Assembly (NCBI GenBank): GCA_964016885.1 | Contig: OZ024750.1 | Coordinates: 53,692,001 to 53,756,000 of the forward strand | Length of the DNA: 64,000 bases | Direction of reading: 5' to 3' | Source: Eledone cirrhosa | Lineage: Eukaryota | Part shown: positions 1 to 12,900 of the stretch, piece by piece | Layout of the letters: every line of letters begins with the position of its first letter | Position numbering within the stretch: position 1 is the stretch's first letter | Made by a program: the position numbers and the translations under genes | Notes under the pieces: generated by a model | Told to the model about the DNA's origin: nothing | The model's input: the letters and a program-made list of their open reading frames with translations, nothing else | Databases searched by the model: none

Positions 1-857
1 GCGAGTTTCTCACCACATTGCTTTACTGGTTTCTGTCACTAGGCTGTGGCCATACTTGGCCATCACCAAGCCTTATCAATCTCAGTGCTTATTTTTTATT
101 TCAAATCTGATACATATTTTGTGGAACATAAACATCTGAACACACACCTCTGGGCTATTATTTACCAATTTTCACTGACAAGGCATTTGTTAAGCCTAAA
201 TTATAGTAGAAAATACTTGTCCAAGTTGTTACTATCTTGTAAGGTGGTTGGTGAGGTCATCCAAGTGAGGACTCCTCAGCTGTGTGACACTCTCCTTAGT
301 GCTGCTGTCACAATAACATCCAGTGTACAGGGAGATGCTGTGAACAGTAGTACTGGTGGTGGTTGTTGTGATAGTGATGAAGGTGGCAGTTGCTGTCATA
401 AGGATGGGATACATATTTGGTGAATTTCTTTTCTCACTTTTGAGGAGGAGCACAGATGTTTTCTTCAACAAAATATTTCTTGAAAAACTCAACACAGTGT
501 ATGTGTGTATATCTTAGTGAATGTGTTTTTATGAGTTTGTCTGTGTCTTTGTACATGTTTGTGTATGTGTTTGTGTATATATGTGTGTATGTGTATGTGT
601 ATATGTGTGTGTGTTCTTCACTGTAAAATGTTAACTGTGTAATCTTTTCACAAATTGGCTTCTGTGTTGGCTTTATCAACAAGTTCATTCTTTCAATGAT
701 GATAATGATGGTGGTGGCAGCGAAGGTGGTGGTGGTGGTGGTGGTGGCAGCGAAGGTGGTGGTGGTGGTCACTCTCAACACAGCCACTCTTGTCATATTT
801 TTTTTATTTTTTGTTCTTTAGATACTAAATACCACTAGATGTTTGGAAATCAAGATT

Positions 858-888
<31 letters not shown>

Positions 889-994
889 CACACAGACCAA
901 CACAGACCAACACAGACACACAGACATGCCCATGTGCATACCATGGTAAATGGTATTTGTATATTGCTGGCAGATCATCTTCATCACCATTGGT

Positions 995-1140
995 ACCATT
1001 AGTATCACCAAGTGTCATCAGCAATAATCATCACCATTATCATTACCATCACCATCACCATCATCATTACCACCATCATCACCATCACCATCATCATTAC
1101 CACCACCATCACCATCATTACCACCACCATCACCATCATT
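995..1140. repeat. (CAT/CAC)n compound microsatellite
   Basis: Direct reading; gives the spurious poly-His ORF. Confidence 0.9.
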
Positions 1141-1289
1141 ATAATATTTAGTAATTTTGCTTTACACTCTGAATTGAAGTCCCACAGTAGCCATCTGGTT
1201 TGGTTTTATCCTTGAGGGAGTCAGAAGGTTAAGTAGCAGTCAAGTTCCGAGGTAGATCTATCTCAGTTAAATGTGTTATTACAACACTC

Positions 1290-1465
1290 AAACATACACA
1301 CATGCACATGATTGCACACACTGCACACATACATCTATATACTGCACCTTCACACATACACACTGCACACACTGCACACATACACCTATATACTGCACCT
1401 TCACACATACACACTGCACACATACACCTATATACTGCACCTTTACACATACACACTGCACACAA
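1290..1465. repeat. CA-rich imperfect minisatellite (~40 bp unit)
   Basis: cactgcacacatacacctatatactgcaccttcacacataca repeated about 4 times. Confidence 0.8.
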
Positions 1466-2199
1466 TTTCAATAAGAATGTCTTCCTATTTTTGCCATTGA
1501 GTAGTGGTAAGTTAAATGCAACCGAGCTGCCATTTCCAATGTTATACCAATGTGATCATTATCCACTAATTACTCATCTTCTTCATTTAACTATCAAATA
1601 CTTATACAAGACATTTAAAAGCCTGTCATACATGCTCTAAACTGGCTCTATAAAACAAAACCACCTATTTTAAAGTGTTTCTCTTTAAATGTAAGCCTTG
1701 CAATATAGTGAGTGAATAGTAATAATATAATAACATATTAATATTCGGTTTAAACAGTCTCATAAGACTGCATATGGTAGATGTCACCCTTTTGTTCCAG
1801 CAGTAGCTGAGAAAAAACAATTAATTGTTTTGGGGTGTCTTTTTGTTTAGATTGTGTATTGTCCTCACTTGCTACCTGCTCCTAATGATATCATATCATT
1901 ATTCACATGTAGGTATCCCCAGCCTTAAAAGTGAAAACAATCTCAATCTGATAAGTCCTTGGCCTAGTTTAAGCCATTTTTTTCTTGTCTTTCTCTCTCT
2001 CTTCACTCACTGCCATACTGGGGCACCACCTTAAAGGGATTTAGTTAATAATATCAAATCCAGAAGGTTTTATTTTTTTTTATTTTTTTTTTTTTACAAA
2101 AATGATACTCATTTTATTTGTTTCTTTTTGTGGAGCCTGTAAGTTATGGGACATAAACAGTAAATGTAAACACATACATGGCTGGACGCACATACACAC

Positions 2200-2230
<31 letters not shown>

Positions 2231-3853
2231 ATAGGCTTCTGCACAGGTTCTATTTAACAATTTTCAATCACATCATATTGGTTAACTCAATATCATTGTT
2301 GAGGATACATGCTGAAGGTGCCATGATTGACCCCCAAAATCACATGAATACAAATTGAACTCATGAATCATACCAGATATATCTTCTCCTACAATTGATA
2401 TATCTCCAACCTGAGAAGTATGATAAAATGTTGTCTAGCAACCACCTTCATTCAACTATGAAATAATTATGCAATACATTTAAACTAATATTATCAGATA
2501 CCTTGCATTATTTAAGCCTTCATCTCATTACAGCTGTTGACCTTCACCTACTCTCACATAGAGAAGCTAATGCTTTATTTATATTGCTATAGGAAACTTC
2601 TTACAAATTCTGTTAACCTAAATTTTTTAACTCTTTTCATAACTAGTTCTATTGAAATACACTGTATTACATTTATTTCATAACTAGTAATGTTACATAT
2701 GGGTCTTATATAAAATGATGTTGGAAGATTTTAATTTAAATAGAAGTGCTGGAGGTCTTATGGTATTAGTTACATTCCTTTACATTCTGTGTTCAGACCC
2801 ACTGGGGTCATACATGGCTTTTAGGATTCTTTGGTAGTTGATAAAACAAGTACTAGTTAAGTACTGTTGTCTCAATGTCATCATTCTCATCAACATATGT
2901 CTACTTTTCATGCTGGCATTAGTTGGAAAGGTCATCATGGTGTTTATGGCTGTTTGATGACCTTCCTAGCACCAACCACTTGTCTTGACTAGATACATTT
3001 TATTGTTGTACCATCACTTGAGAGGTTGTTGTATCCTCACTGTTCAATATTGTCAAATACACAGTTGTCCTCTCTATCCTATATTGTCTCCATTTGATCA
3101 TCAACTACTTTATAGAGTGTCCTGGGTACATTATATTGTGGCAGCAGCATTATTGACATTAAGTCCCTCACATAACTAAACAGGTCTCAGTCCTACAATG
3201 TCACTATTTATTGTCAACAGTTTTAGGAGAAAATATTCTTTTATTACTGTCTCTGCTATTTGTCCTAAATCTATTGATATTATTATTATGGTGAAAAGAA
3301 TAGAGATCTAAAACAAGATTTTGTTGTCACTGTTTAGCCCAAGGTCAGCAGAGATCAAAGGTATTCTGGGCATGACCATCCTGACTGTTTAGGGGTGACT
3401 ACTTATGACTAGTTACATTCACTGTGTTGTTTCCTTTATCAAGATGGTAAGAGTGTTGTTCGATGTCAGATTTAACTGCTGTTTCTATGTCTGGCAACCT
3501 TACCGTTGCTTACGCCTGTTATTTGACTCTGATTTGGCTGTTCTATCTAACATGTCAAGCAACCATGTAATTCTCAAACCAGTGATTCTCAAACAGAAGA
3601 CACTAGGTACTCAGAGGAAAGGACATCAAATATCTGGGGTGGAAGTTTAGCTAAGGGATGGGGAAGGAATCCAAACTGGAAGAAAATAGTGTACATTGGC
3701 GGCAACATCATCATCTTCATCATCATCTTCATCATTTTCTTCATCATCATCATCATTTAACATAGTTTTTTCTTGTTAGCAATAAGCGGAATCCCAAATT
3801 GTCAGTTCACAAAAACTGCTTTTTCAGACTTAATCCTGTTTGGATTTATATAA

Positions 3854-4480
3854 TTATTGAAGTTGAAAGAGAACCACTAGACTATACTATTATTGAGGTT
3901 GAAAGAGAACCACTAGACTATACTATTATTGAGGTTTAAAGAGAACCACTAGACTATACTATTATTGAGGTTGAAAGAGAACCACTAGACTATACTATTA
4001 TTGAGGTTTAAAGAGAACCACTAGACTATACTATTATTGAAGTTGAAAGAGAACCACTAGACTATACTATTATTGAAGTTGAAAGAGAACCACTAGACTA
4101 GACTATTATTGAAGTTGAAAGAGAACCACTAGACTATACTATTATTGAGGTTTAAAGAGAACCACTAGACTATACTATTATTGAGGTTGAAAGAGAACCA
4201 CTAGACTATACTATTATTGAGGTTTAAAGAGAACCACTAGACTATACTATTATTGAAGTTGAAAGAGAACCACTAGACTATACTATTATTGAGGTTTAAA
4301 GATAACCACTAGACTATACTATTATTGAGGTTGAAAGAGAACCACTAGACTATACTATTATTGAAGTTGAAAGAGAACCACTAGACTATACTATTATTGA
4401 AGTTGAAAGAGAACCACTAGACTATACTATTATTGAAGTTGAAAGAGAACCACTAGACTATACTATTATTGAGGTTTAAA
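3854..4480. repeat. 36-bp minisatellite, ~17 copies
   Basis: Unit ttattga(g/a)gtt(g/t)aaagagaaccactagactatacta; the same phase recurs every 180 bp. Confidence 0.95.
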
Positions 4481-4844
4481 AACCTGGAAGTCTCCACTGC
4501 GATTGGCTCAACCACAATCCTATCAGAGAAAGGCTGATATGTCTTCTCCATCCTGTTAGGTTCATTTATGGTGGTGACATGTGCAACTAATTTACTTATA
4601 CCATCTTATTTATGGACATGTACCAGAAAGTTAGTTATATTAACTTGGGATGAAAAATTACTAGATGACAATTCAAAATAGGGAAGGAAACTTGAGATTG
4701 CAAACAAGGTGATGAGGAGGGTAGTGTGGGTCTGTGAGAAGCAATGATGTAGTAAGTTCCCTGATTAGTTGTGTAGAACAGGATGTAGAAACCACTGAAG
4801 CTTTGGTTTCTCATGACACACTTTATTAAACCCTAGTTACCCCC

Positions 4845-5026
4845 TTGGCAGTATCGGTGGAGGGTCAGACGCCATGCTTTCCAGCATAGTTACGTCCCTT
4901 TATGATCTGAGTTCAAATCCCGCCGAGGTTGACTTTGCCTTTCATCCTTACGGGGTCGATAAAATAAAGTACCAGTAATGCACTGGGTAATTGCTGGCCT
5001 TGTGCCTAAAGTAGAAACAATTATTT
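4845..5026 (+). mobile_element. Young tRNA-type SINE (~185 bp), first of a tandem pair
   Basis: ttggcagtatcggt (A-box-like)...gagttcaaatccc (B-box)...gtagaaacaattattt tail. Near-identical copies occur at six other sites in the window. Confidence 0.85.
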
Positions 5027-5036
5027 CTTAGTGAAA

Positions 5037-5227
5037 GCGGTGGATTGGCAGTATCGGTAAGGGTCGGACGCCATGCTTTGAAGCATAGAGTTACCTCCCT
5101 TTATGATCTGAGTTCAAATCCCGCCGAGGTTAACTTTGCTTTCATCCTTACGGGGTCGATAAAATAAAGTACCAGTAATGCACTGGAATAATTGCTGGCC
5201 TTGTGCCAAAAGTAGAAACAATTATTT
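5037..5227 (+). mobile_element. Same SINE, second copy at the tail of the first
   Basis: Same sequence, flanked by imperfect duplicated ttatttctta..gaaagc (5021-5038 and 5222-5239). Confidence 0.85.
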
Positions 5228-6526
5228 CTTATAGAAAGCTATAATTATTTCAATTAGATTTTCCATAGATTAAAGCAAAAATATAAACAAAACATGTTTA
5301 TTCTTAAAAGGAAATTTCCACATAAATCAGCTTATGTATTTATTTACACTGTTTTTCTTTTTATTGGTTTCTGTCATTACACTATGGTCAGGCTGGAGCA
5401 ATACCCTAAAGTTGATTATATCAACTCAAATACTTTTTCTTTTCAAGGCTGTTGTTTATTTTATTGATTAATTTTGCCCTTCCCTCAATTGTTGACCTTG
5501 TGCCTAAATATAAATATATTTAGACCACAGTAGCTATAGGAAGGTCTCTCCTAAATTCTGTACTTGTTGATCTGCTAAACTGACAGTGACCTTACCTACA
5601 ATCTTTACCAATACATACAGCTACTGTGATTGTGTCTCTCAGTGTGTGTAAGATATATACAATGTGTATGTGTGTGCACACACACACACATGCTTTACAT
5701 GGTGACATGGGTTGGCAAGGTTGTCAAAGTAGGAGACCAAGTCTTATACATTCCATTTTTAGCATGAATTTTACAGCTTATTTGTATAAACTCAGTCGGG
5801 GGTCTAATGACAACACTGATGATCCTTGGGGTGAGGAGGGAAGACCTGGCCTGAGTGTCTGCAACTAAATGGACCCTACTAAATACACCCAGTAGTCATC
5901 TGGTCAAGTACTAGTGGGTAGGTGGGTGACTGAGTAGGTAGATATGTGCTTGGGTGTATTCCTTTGCTGTTTATTCAAATTTTACCTGAGCCCATACCTA
6001 CTATTCTCACCCCACCCCCACCACCATCAGATCGAATCACTCCACCACCACTACTAGAGTATATCACTCCACCATCACCACCTCCAATACACACACAGAC
6101 CTCATCACCATCATCATCAACAGTGGAAGTCCCACCACCACTACCACACAATACCTCATCATCATCATCAACAGTGGAAGTCCCTACACCACCACCACCT
6201 TTTCTTTGTGCTGTTTTTATGTACACATCTGTATGTATGTGTATTTATGTGTGTGAGAGTGTATATGCTTGTATGTGTACATATGATGTGTGTGTGTATG
6301 CAAGTGTACATATGTGTGTGTATTTGTGTGTGTAGATATGTGTGTACAGAATGTGTATTTGTGTGTGTAGATATGTGTATTTGTGTGTGTGTAGATGTGT
6401 GTATAGATTTGTGTGTGTAGATGTGTGTATAGATATGTGTATTTGTGTGTATAGATATGTGTATTTGTGTGTGTAGATATGTGTGTGTACATATGTGTGT
6501 ATATATGTGTGTGTATATATGCTTAT

Positions 6527-7133
6527 GTCAGGTCACCAGTTGGTGCTACTGGTAACATGTATGCCAGTACAACCTGTCTCATGGCCGGGTCGTTGGCGAC
6601 TAAACTGGCAACCCCACCAAGGTTTCTTGGTGAGGAGGGTGACTTTGGACATCCTGCAGGACTAAAAACAAAACCTGTCAAAGGGCAAAGGAGCTCTTAA
6701 GAGTCAATGGCCATCCAAAATCACCGGGAGAGATGACCCTTTAGCCTTTGTCAAGGCAGAATTCTAGGAGAAGGAAAACTCTGATATAACACCTGCAACC
6801 CTGATGGTATCCAATGATGTTGACTTGTTCTTCTTTTTGGTAAATATCATCTTGGTTAAGAGAGTGGGACTGGCTTTGTGCAGTGCCTTTGCTCACTATA
6901 AAAGCTTCACGGCACAGGCATTGGTTTATATTTGGAGATCTCTCTGCACTTGTCGTCACATGGTACCATGGGCCCAGCACTGTGTCAATAATTGTCACAA
7001 GTGTAGTGTTTGTACCAGAGTTTTCAAGTCACAGGCTGGACTAAAAAGTCACACTCGTTCAGCGCATCGGTAGGGGTTCTCCTACATGGATATAAAGTAG
7101 TGGCCGTACTCGAAAACGAGTTGGCAGCCACCA
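6527..7133 (+). mobile_element. Short non-autonomous RTE derivative (5'-UTR-like part plus C-terminal C2H2 end)
   Basis: The 3' part encodes CSVCTRVFKSQAGLKSHTRSAH*, like the RTE C-terminus at 47502-47560. The 5' part shares ggcgactaaa, aaaggg and gagtcaatggccatc motifs with the RTE 5' fragment at 48590-48670. Confidence 0.55.
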
Positions 7134-7389
7134 TATATGTGTATATATATATATGTGTGTGTATGTGTGTGTACAGCTTTATACTTCAGTCTAGGAATAA
7201 AACCACATTTTGACATCTTAAAGTGAGACTGTTTAATCTCTCCCCCTCTCTATTATCCTTTCTCACTTCCTCCCTCCCCCTACTATCTCTCCTCCCTCTC
7301 CCTCCTACTATACCTCTTCCTCAACTACCTCCACATACTTTCACTAAAGGCATGTTCCTAAAAAATTAAATAAGTCAATGAAGATAGAT

Positions 7390-7940
7390 TTGACCACTGC
7401 CATAAATCACCTCCTCCCCCTGTCTTGACCACTGCTATAAATCACCTCCTCCCCCTGTCTTGACCACTGCTATAAATCACCTCCTCCCCCTGTCTTGACC
7501 ACTGCCATAAATCACCTCCTCCCCCTGTCTTGACCACTGCCATAAATCACCTCCTCCCCCTGTCTTGACCACTGCCATAAATCACCTCCTCCCCCTGTCT
7601 TGACCACTGCCATAAATCACCTCCTCCCCCTGTCTTGACCACTGCCATAAATCACCTCCTCCCCCTGTCTTGACCACTGCTATAAATCACCTCCACCCCC
7701 TGTCTTGACCACTGCCATAAATCACCTCCCCCTGTCTTGACCACTGCCATAAATCACCTCCTCCCCCTGTCTTGACCACTGCCATAAATCACCTCCTCCC
7801 CCTGTCTTAACCACTGCTATAAATCACCTCCACCCCCTGTCTTGACCACTGCCATAAATCACCTCCTGCCCCTGTCTTGACCACTGCCATAAATCACCTC
7901 CTCCCCCTGTCTTGACCACTGCCATAAATCACCTCCTCCT
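7390..7940. repeat. 35-bp minisatellite, ~15.5 copies
   Basis: Unit ttgaccactgccataaatcacctcctccccctgtc. Confidence 0.95.
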
Positions 7941-8014
7941 CCTCCCTCCTACCATTGGTTAATTTCTTGTCATCTCAACCTTGTAAATATATTGTTTTAC
8001 ACATGGTGATCAAT

Positions 8015-8996
8015 ACTACCACCTCTACCACACCACTACCTCCAGCACCACACTACAACCATACTACCACTACCTCCACCACACTAACACCACCTCCACC
8101 ACAGTACCACCACCATACTACCACCACCACACCACCTCCACCACCACCACTTCCACCACACTACTACTAATCCACCACACCACTACCACCTCCACCACAC
8201 CACCACCTCCACCACACTACTACCAATCCACCACACCACCACCACCTCAACCACACCACCACCACCTCTAAAACCACCTCCACCACACTACTACCACCAC
8301 TACCACACCAGCACCACCTAAATCACACCACCATCACCTCCACCACACCACCACCACCGCCACCACACTACTACCACCTCCACCACACTACCACCACCTC
8401 CTCCACACCACCACCACCTTCACCACACCACCACCACACTATTACCACCTCCACCACACCATTACCACCTCCACCACACCATCACCACCTCTAAAACCAC
8501 CTCCACCACACTACCACCACATCCACCACACCACCTCCAGCACACCACCACCACCTCCACCACTACGTCACCACACCACCTCCACCACACTACTACCACC
8601 TCCACCACTACCCCACCACACCACCTCCACCTCACTACTACCACCTCTACCCCCCCCCATACCACACTATCACCACACCACCACCACCTCCACCACACTA
8701 CTACCACCTCCACCACACCACCTCCACCACACCACCACCACCTCCACCACACTACTACCACCTCCACCACACCACCTCCACCACACCACCACCACCTCCA
8801 CCACACCACCATACCACCACCACCTCCACCACACTACTACCACCTTCACCACACCACCACCACCTCCACCACACCACCATACCACCACCACCTCCACCAC
8901 ACTACTACCACCTTCACCACTCCACCACACTACTACCACCTCCACCACCACCATCTCCACCTCCACCACACCTCCACCACACCACCACCACCTCCA
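8015..8996. repeat. (CCA)n-rich degenerate tandem repeat
   Basis: Recurring cctccaccacaccaccacca variants over about 1 kb. Confidence 0.9.
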
Positions 8997-9009
8997 ACTA
9001 TCTCCAACT

Positions 9010-9300
9010 GGTTGGATAACATCCATGAACATGGCTGTCTCACCTGGGGATCCAGCCATGTTCATGGATGTTATCCATGAACATGGATTGATTGGATAGT
9101 ATTGGGGTCTACCCCTGGGTTTTCCTGATGGTAGGTTTTGGCTGTCCATTCTAATCACATTCTAACCATATGCCCATAATAGTAGAGCTGTGATCTCTCA
9201 ATTTGGAGAAGTAGCGGCTCTACCTGGAGTGACTCTCTCATCTCCGAGCTATGCACTCTATCAAGTGCATAGTCTTATTCCAAAGATATTTCATAGGAAC
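9010..9300 (-). mobile_element. Decayed RTE (Rex3/Expander-like) 3' ORF fragment with local fold-back inversion
   Basis: Minus strand reads VEPLLLQIERSQLYYYGHMVRM...RGRP, typical of the RTE C-terminal region. Confidence 0.55.
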
Positions 9301-9434
9301 CCCATTTCGGCCACTTGTATTCGCGATTATATTCTTTCGGTCACTACCCAAGATTCATGACCGTAGAATATATCTATACATATATACATACATGAGGATT
9401 GCATCGTCTTCATGCGACCATGACTTTGTAGATG

Positions 9435-9835
9435 AAAAAGCTTTTGTTAAGTTGACAGACTTGATATAGAGGAACATGCTACTCAATGCATTTTTCTTGT
9501 ATAGAGAAAATCCTGTCAACTGTCCCTCTTCCTCCTCTAAAACCACTCTGTGATTCTGGGATAGCTATAGGTCAGATTACCTCCTTCAGTCTGTTGAGAA
9601 CCTTGTCAACAGCTTCCAACAAAGTGATACTATCGATTTGTCACCTTTGTTTTTGTATAATGCCAACAAAATACTGCGGAACCGGGGTCCCATTCCAGCA
9701 ATGATGAAGTTGTTTACTGCTTCCTTTACCAACTTTGAGCAGTTCAACTGGGATATGATCTGGACCTGGTGCCAGAGTTAACCTGTTTCACTGCCAGCTT
9801 TATTTCATCAGCAGAGGGAAGTTGAGCCACACGAT
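9435..9835 (-). mobile_element. Decayed RTE/BovB-like reverse transcriptase fragment
   Basis: Minus strand with stops and frameshifts: PSADEIKLAVKQ..APGPDHIPVELLK..LYKNKGDK..IPESQSGFRGGRGTVDRIFSIQEKCIE..NLTKAF. Confidence 0.8.
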
Positions 9836-9954
9836 GCACTGTTTCAGATTGAAGAAACCTTCTATCACTTCATACACATCCATAGAGAGATGTAAACACC
9901 CTTGTCTGTCGTACAATATAGCCATGAAACAACACTTGCACCTGTAATTGATTG

Positions 9955-12900
9955 GATAGTATTGTACAGGTATGGTAAGATAGTATTGTACAGGTATGGC
10001 AAGATAGTATTGTACAGGTATGATAAGATAGTATTGTACAGGTATGGTAAGATAGTATTGTACAGGTATGGTAAGATAGTATTGTACAGGTATGGTAAGA
10101 TAGTATTGTACAGGTATGGTAAGATAGTATTGTACAGGTATGGTAAGATAGTATTGTACAGGTATGGCAAGATAGTATTGTACAGGTATGGCAAGATAGT
10201 ATTGTACAGGTATGGTAAGATAGTATTGTACAGGTATGGTAAGATAGTATTGTACAGGTATGGTAAGATAGTATTGTACAGGTATGGTAAGATAGTATTG
10301 TACAGGTATGGCAAGATAGTATTGTACAGGTATGGCAAGATAGTATTGTACAGGTATGGCAAGATAGTATTGTACAGGTATGGTAAGATAGTATTGTACA
10401 GGTATGGTAAGATAGTATTGTACAAGTATTGTACAGGTATGGTAAGATAGTATTGTACAGGTATGGTAAGATAGTATTGTACAGGTATGGTAAGATAGTA
10501 TTGTACAGGTATGATAAGATAGTATTGTACAGGTATGGTAAGATAGTATTGTACAGGTATGGTAAGATAGTATTGTACAGGTATGGTAAGATAGTATTGT
10601 ACAGGTATGGTAAGATAGTATTGTACAAGTATGGTAAGATAGTATTGTACAGCTATGGTAAGATAGTATTGTACAAGTATTGTACAGGTATGGTAAGATA
10701 GTATTGTACAGGTATGGTAAGATAGTATTGTACAGGTATGATAAGATAGTATTGTACAGGTATGGTAAGATAGTATTGTACAGGTATGGTAAGATAGTAT
10801 TGTACAGGTATGGTAAGATAGTATTGTACAGGTATGGTAAGATAGTATTGTACAAGTATGGTAAGATAGTATTGTACAGGTATGGTAAGATAGTATTGTA
10901 CAGGTATGGCAAGATAGTATTGTACAGGTATGGCAAGATAGTATTGTACAGGTATGGCAAGATAGTATTGTACAGGTATGGCAAGATAGTATTGTACAGG
11001 TATGGCAAGATAGTATTGTACAGGTATGGCAAGATAGTATTGTACAGGTATGGTAAGATAGTATTGTACAGGTATGGCAAGATAGTATTGTACAGGTATG
11101 GCAAGATAGTATTGTACAGGTATGGCAAGATAGTATTGTACAGGTATGGCAAGATAGTATTGTACAGGTATGGTAAGATAGTATTGTACAGGTATGGTAA
11201 GATAGTATTGTACAGGTATGGTAAGATAGTATTGTACAGGTATGGTAAGATAGTATTGTACAGGTATGGCAAGATAGTATTGTACAGGTATGGCAAGATA
11301 GTATTGTACAGGTATGGTAAGATAGTATTGTACAGGTATGGTAAGATAGTATTGTACAGGTATGGTAAGATAGTATTGTACAGGTATGATAAGATAGTAT
11401 TGTACAGGTATGGCAAGATAGTATTGTACAGGTATGGCAAGATAGTATTGTACAGGTATGGCAAGATAGTATTGTACAGGTATGGTAAGATAGTATTGTA
11501 CAGGTATGGTAAGATAGTATTGTACAGGTATGGTAAGATAGTATTGTACAGGTATGGTAAGATAGTATTGTACAGGTATGGTAAGATAGTATTGTACAGG
11601 TATGGTAAGATAGTATTGTACAGGTATGGCAAGATAGTATTGTACAGGTATGGTAAGATAGTATTGTACAGGTATGGTAAGATAGTATTGTACAGGTATG
11701 GCAAGATAGTATTGTACAGGTATGATAAGATAGTATTGTACAGGTATGGTAAGATAGTATTGTACAGGTATGATAAGATAGTATTGTACAGGTATGGTAA
11801 GATAGTATTGTATAGGTATGGCAAGATAGTATTGTACAGGTATGGCAAGATAGTATTGTACAGGTATGGTAAGATAGTATTGTACAGGTATGGTAAGATA
11901 GTATTGTACAGGTATGGTAAGATAGTATTGTACAGGTATGGTAAGATAGTATTGTACAGGTATGGTAAGATAGTATTGTACAGGTATGGTAAGATAGTAT
12001 TGTACAGGTATGGTAAGATAGTATTGTACAGGTATGGTAAGATAGTATTGTACAGGTATGGTAAGATAGTATTGTACAGGTATGGCAAGATAGTATTGTA
12101 CAGGTATGGCAAGATAGTATTGTACAGGTATGGCAAGATAGTATTGTACAGGTATGGCAAGATAGTATTGTACAGGTATGGCAAGATAGTATTGTACAAG
12201 TATGGCAAGATAGTATTGTACAGGTATGATAAGATAGTATTGTACAGGTATAGCAAGATAGTATTGTACAAGTATGGTAAGATAGTATTGTACAGGTATG
12301 GTAAGATAGTATTGTACAGGTATGATAAGATAGTATTTTACAGGTATGGCAAGATAGTATTGTACAAGTATGGTAAGATAGTATTGTACAGGTATGGTAA
12401 GATAGTATTGTACAAGTATGGCAAGATAGTATTGTACAGGTATGATAAGATAGTATTGTACAGGTATGATAAGATAGTATTGTACAGGTATGGTAAGATA
12501 GTATTGTACAGGTATGGTAAGATAGTATTGTACAAGTATGGCACAAGATAGTATTGTACAAGTATGGCAAGATAGTATTGTACAAGTATGATAAGATAGT
12601 ATTGTACAGGTATGGTAAGATAGTATTGTACAGGTATGGTAAGATAGTATTGTACAGGTATGGTAAGATAGTATTGTACAGGTATGGTAAGATAGTATTG
12701 TACAGGTATGATAAGATAGTATTGTACAGGTATGGTAAGATAGTATTGTACAGGTATGGTAAGATAGTATTGTACAGGTATGGTAAGATAGTATTGTACA
12801 GGTATGGCAAGATAGTATTGTACAGGTATGGCAAGATAGTATTGTACAGGTATGGTAAGATAGTATTGTACAGGTATGGTAAGATAGTATTGTACAGGTA

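Noticed and set aside
46-423. 125-aa ORF as an upstream Trio exon
   Set aside because: No similarity to the PH1-SH3 linker, no convincing splice sites, and it begins in repeat-like sequence.
4845-4930. tRNA gene (A/B boxes)
   Set aside because: Head of a multi-copy SINE; no convincing cloverleaf.
3854-7940. 35-36 bp repeats of CRISPR-like length
   Set aside because: Head-to-tail with no unique spacers, no cas genes, and a eukaryotic intronic context.
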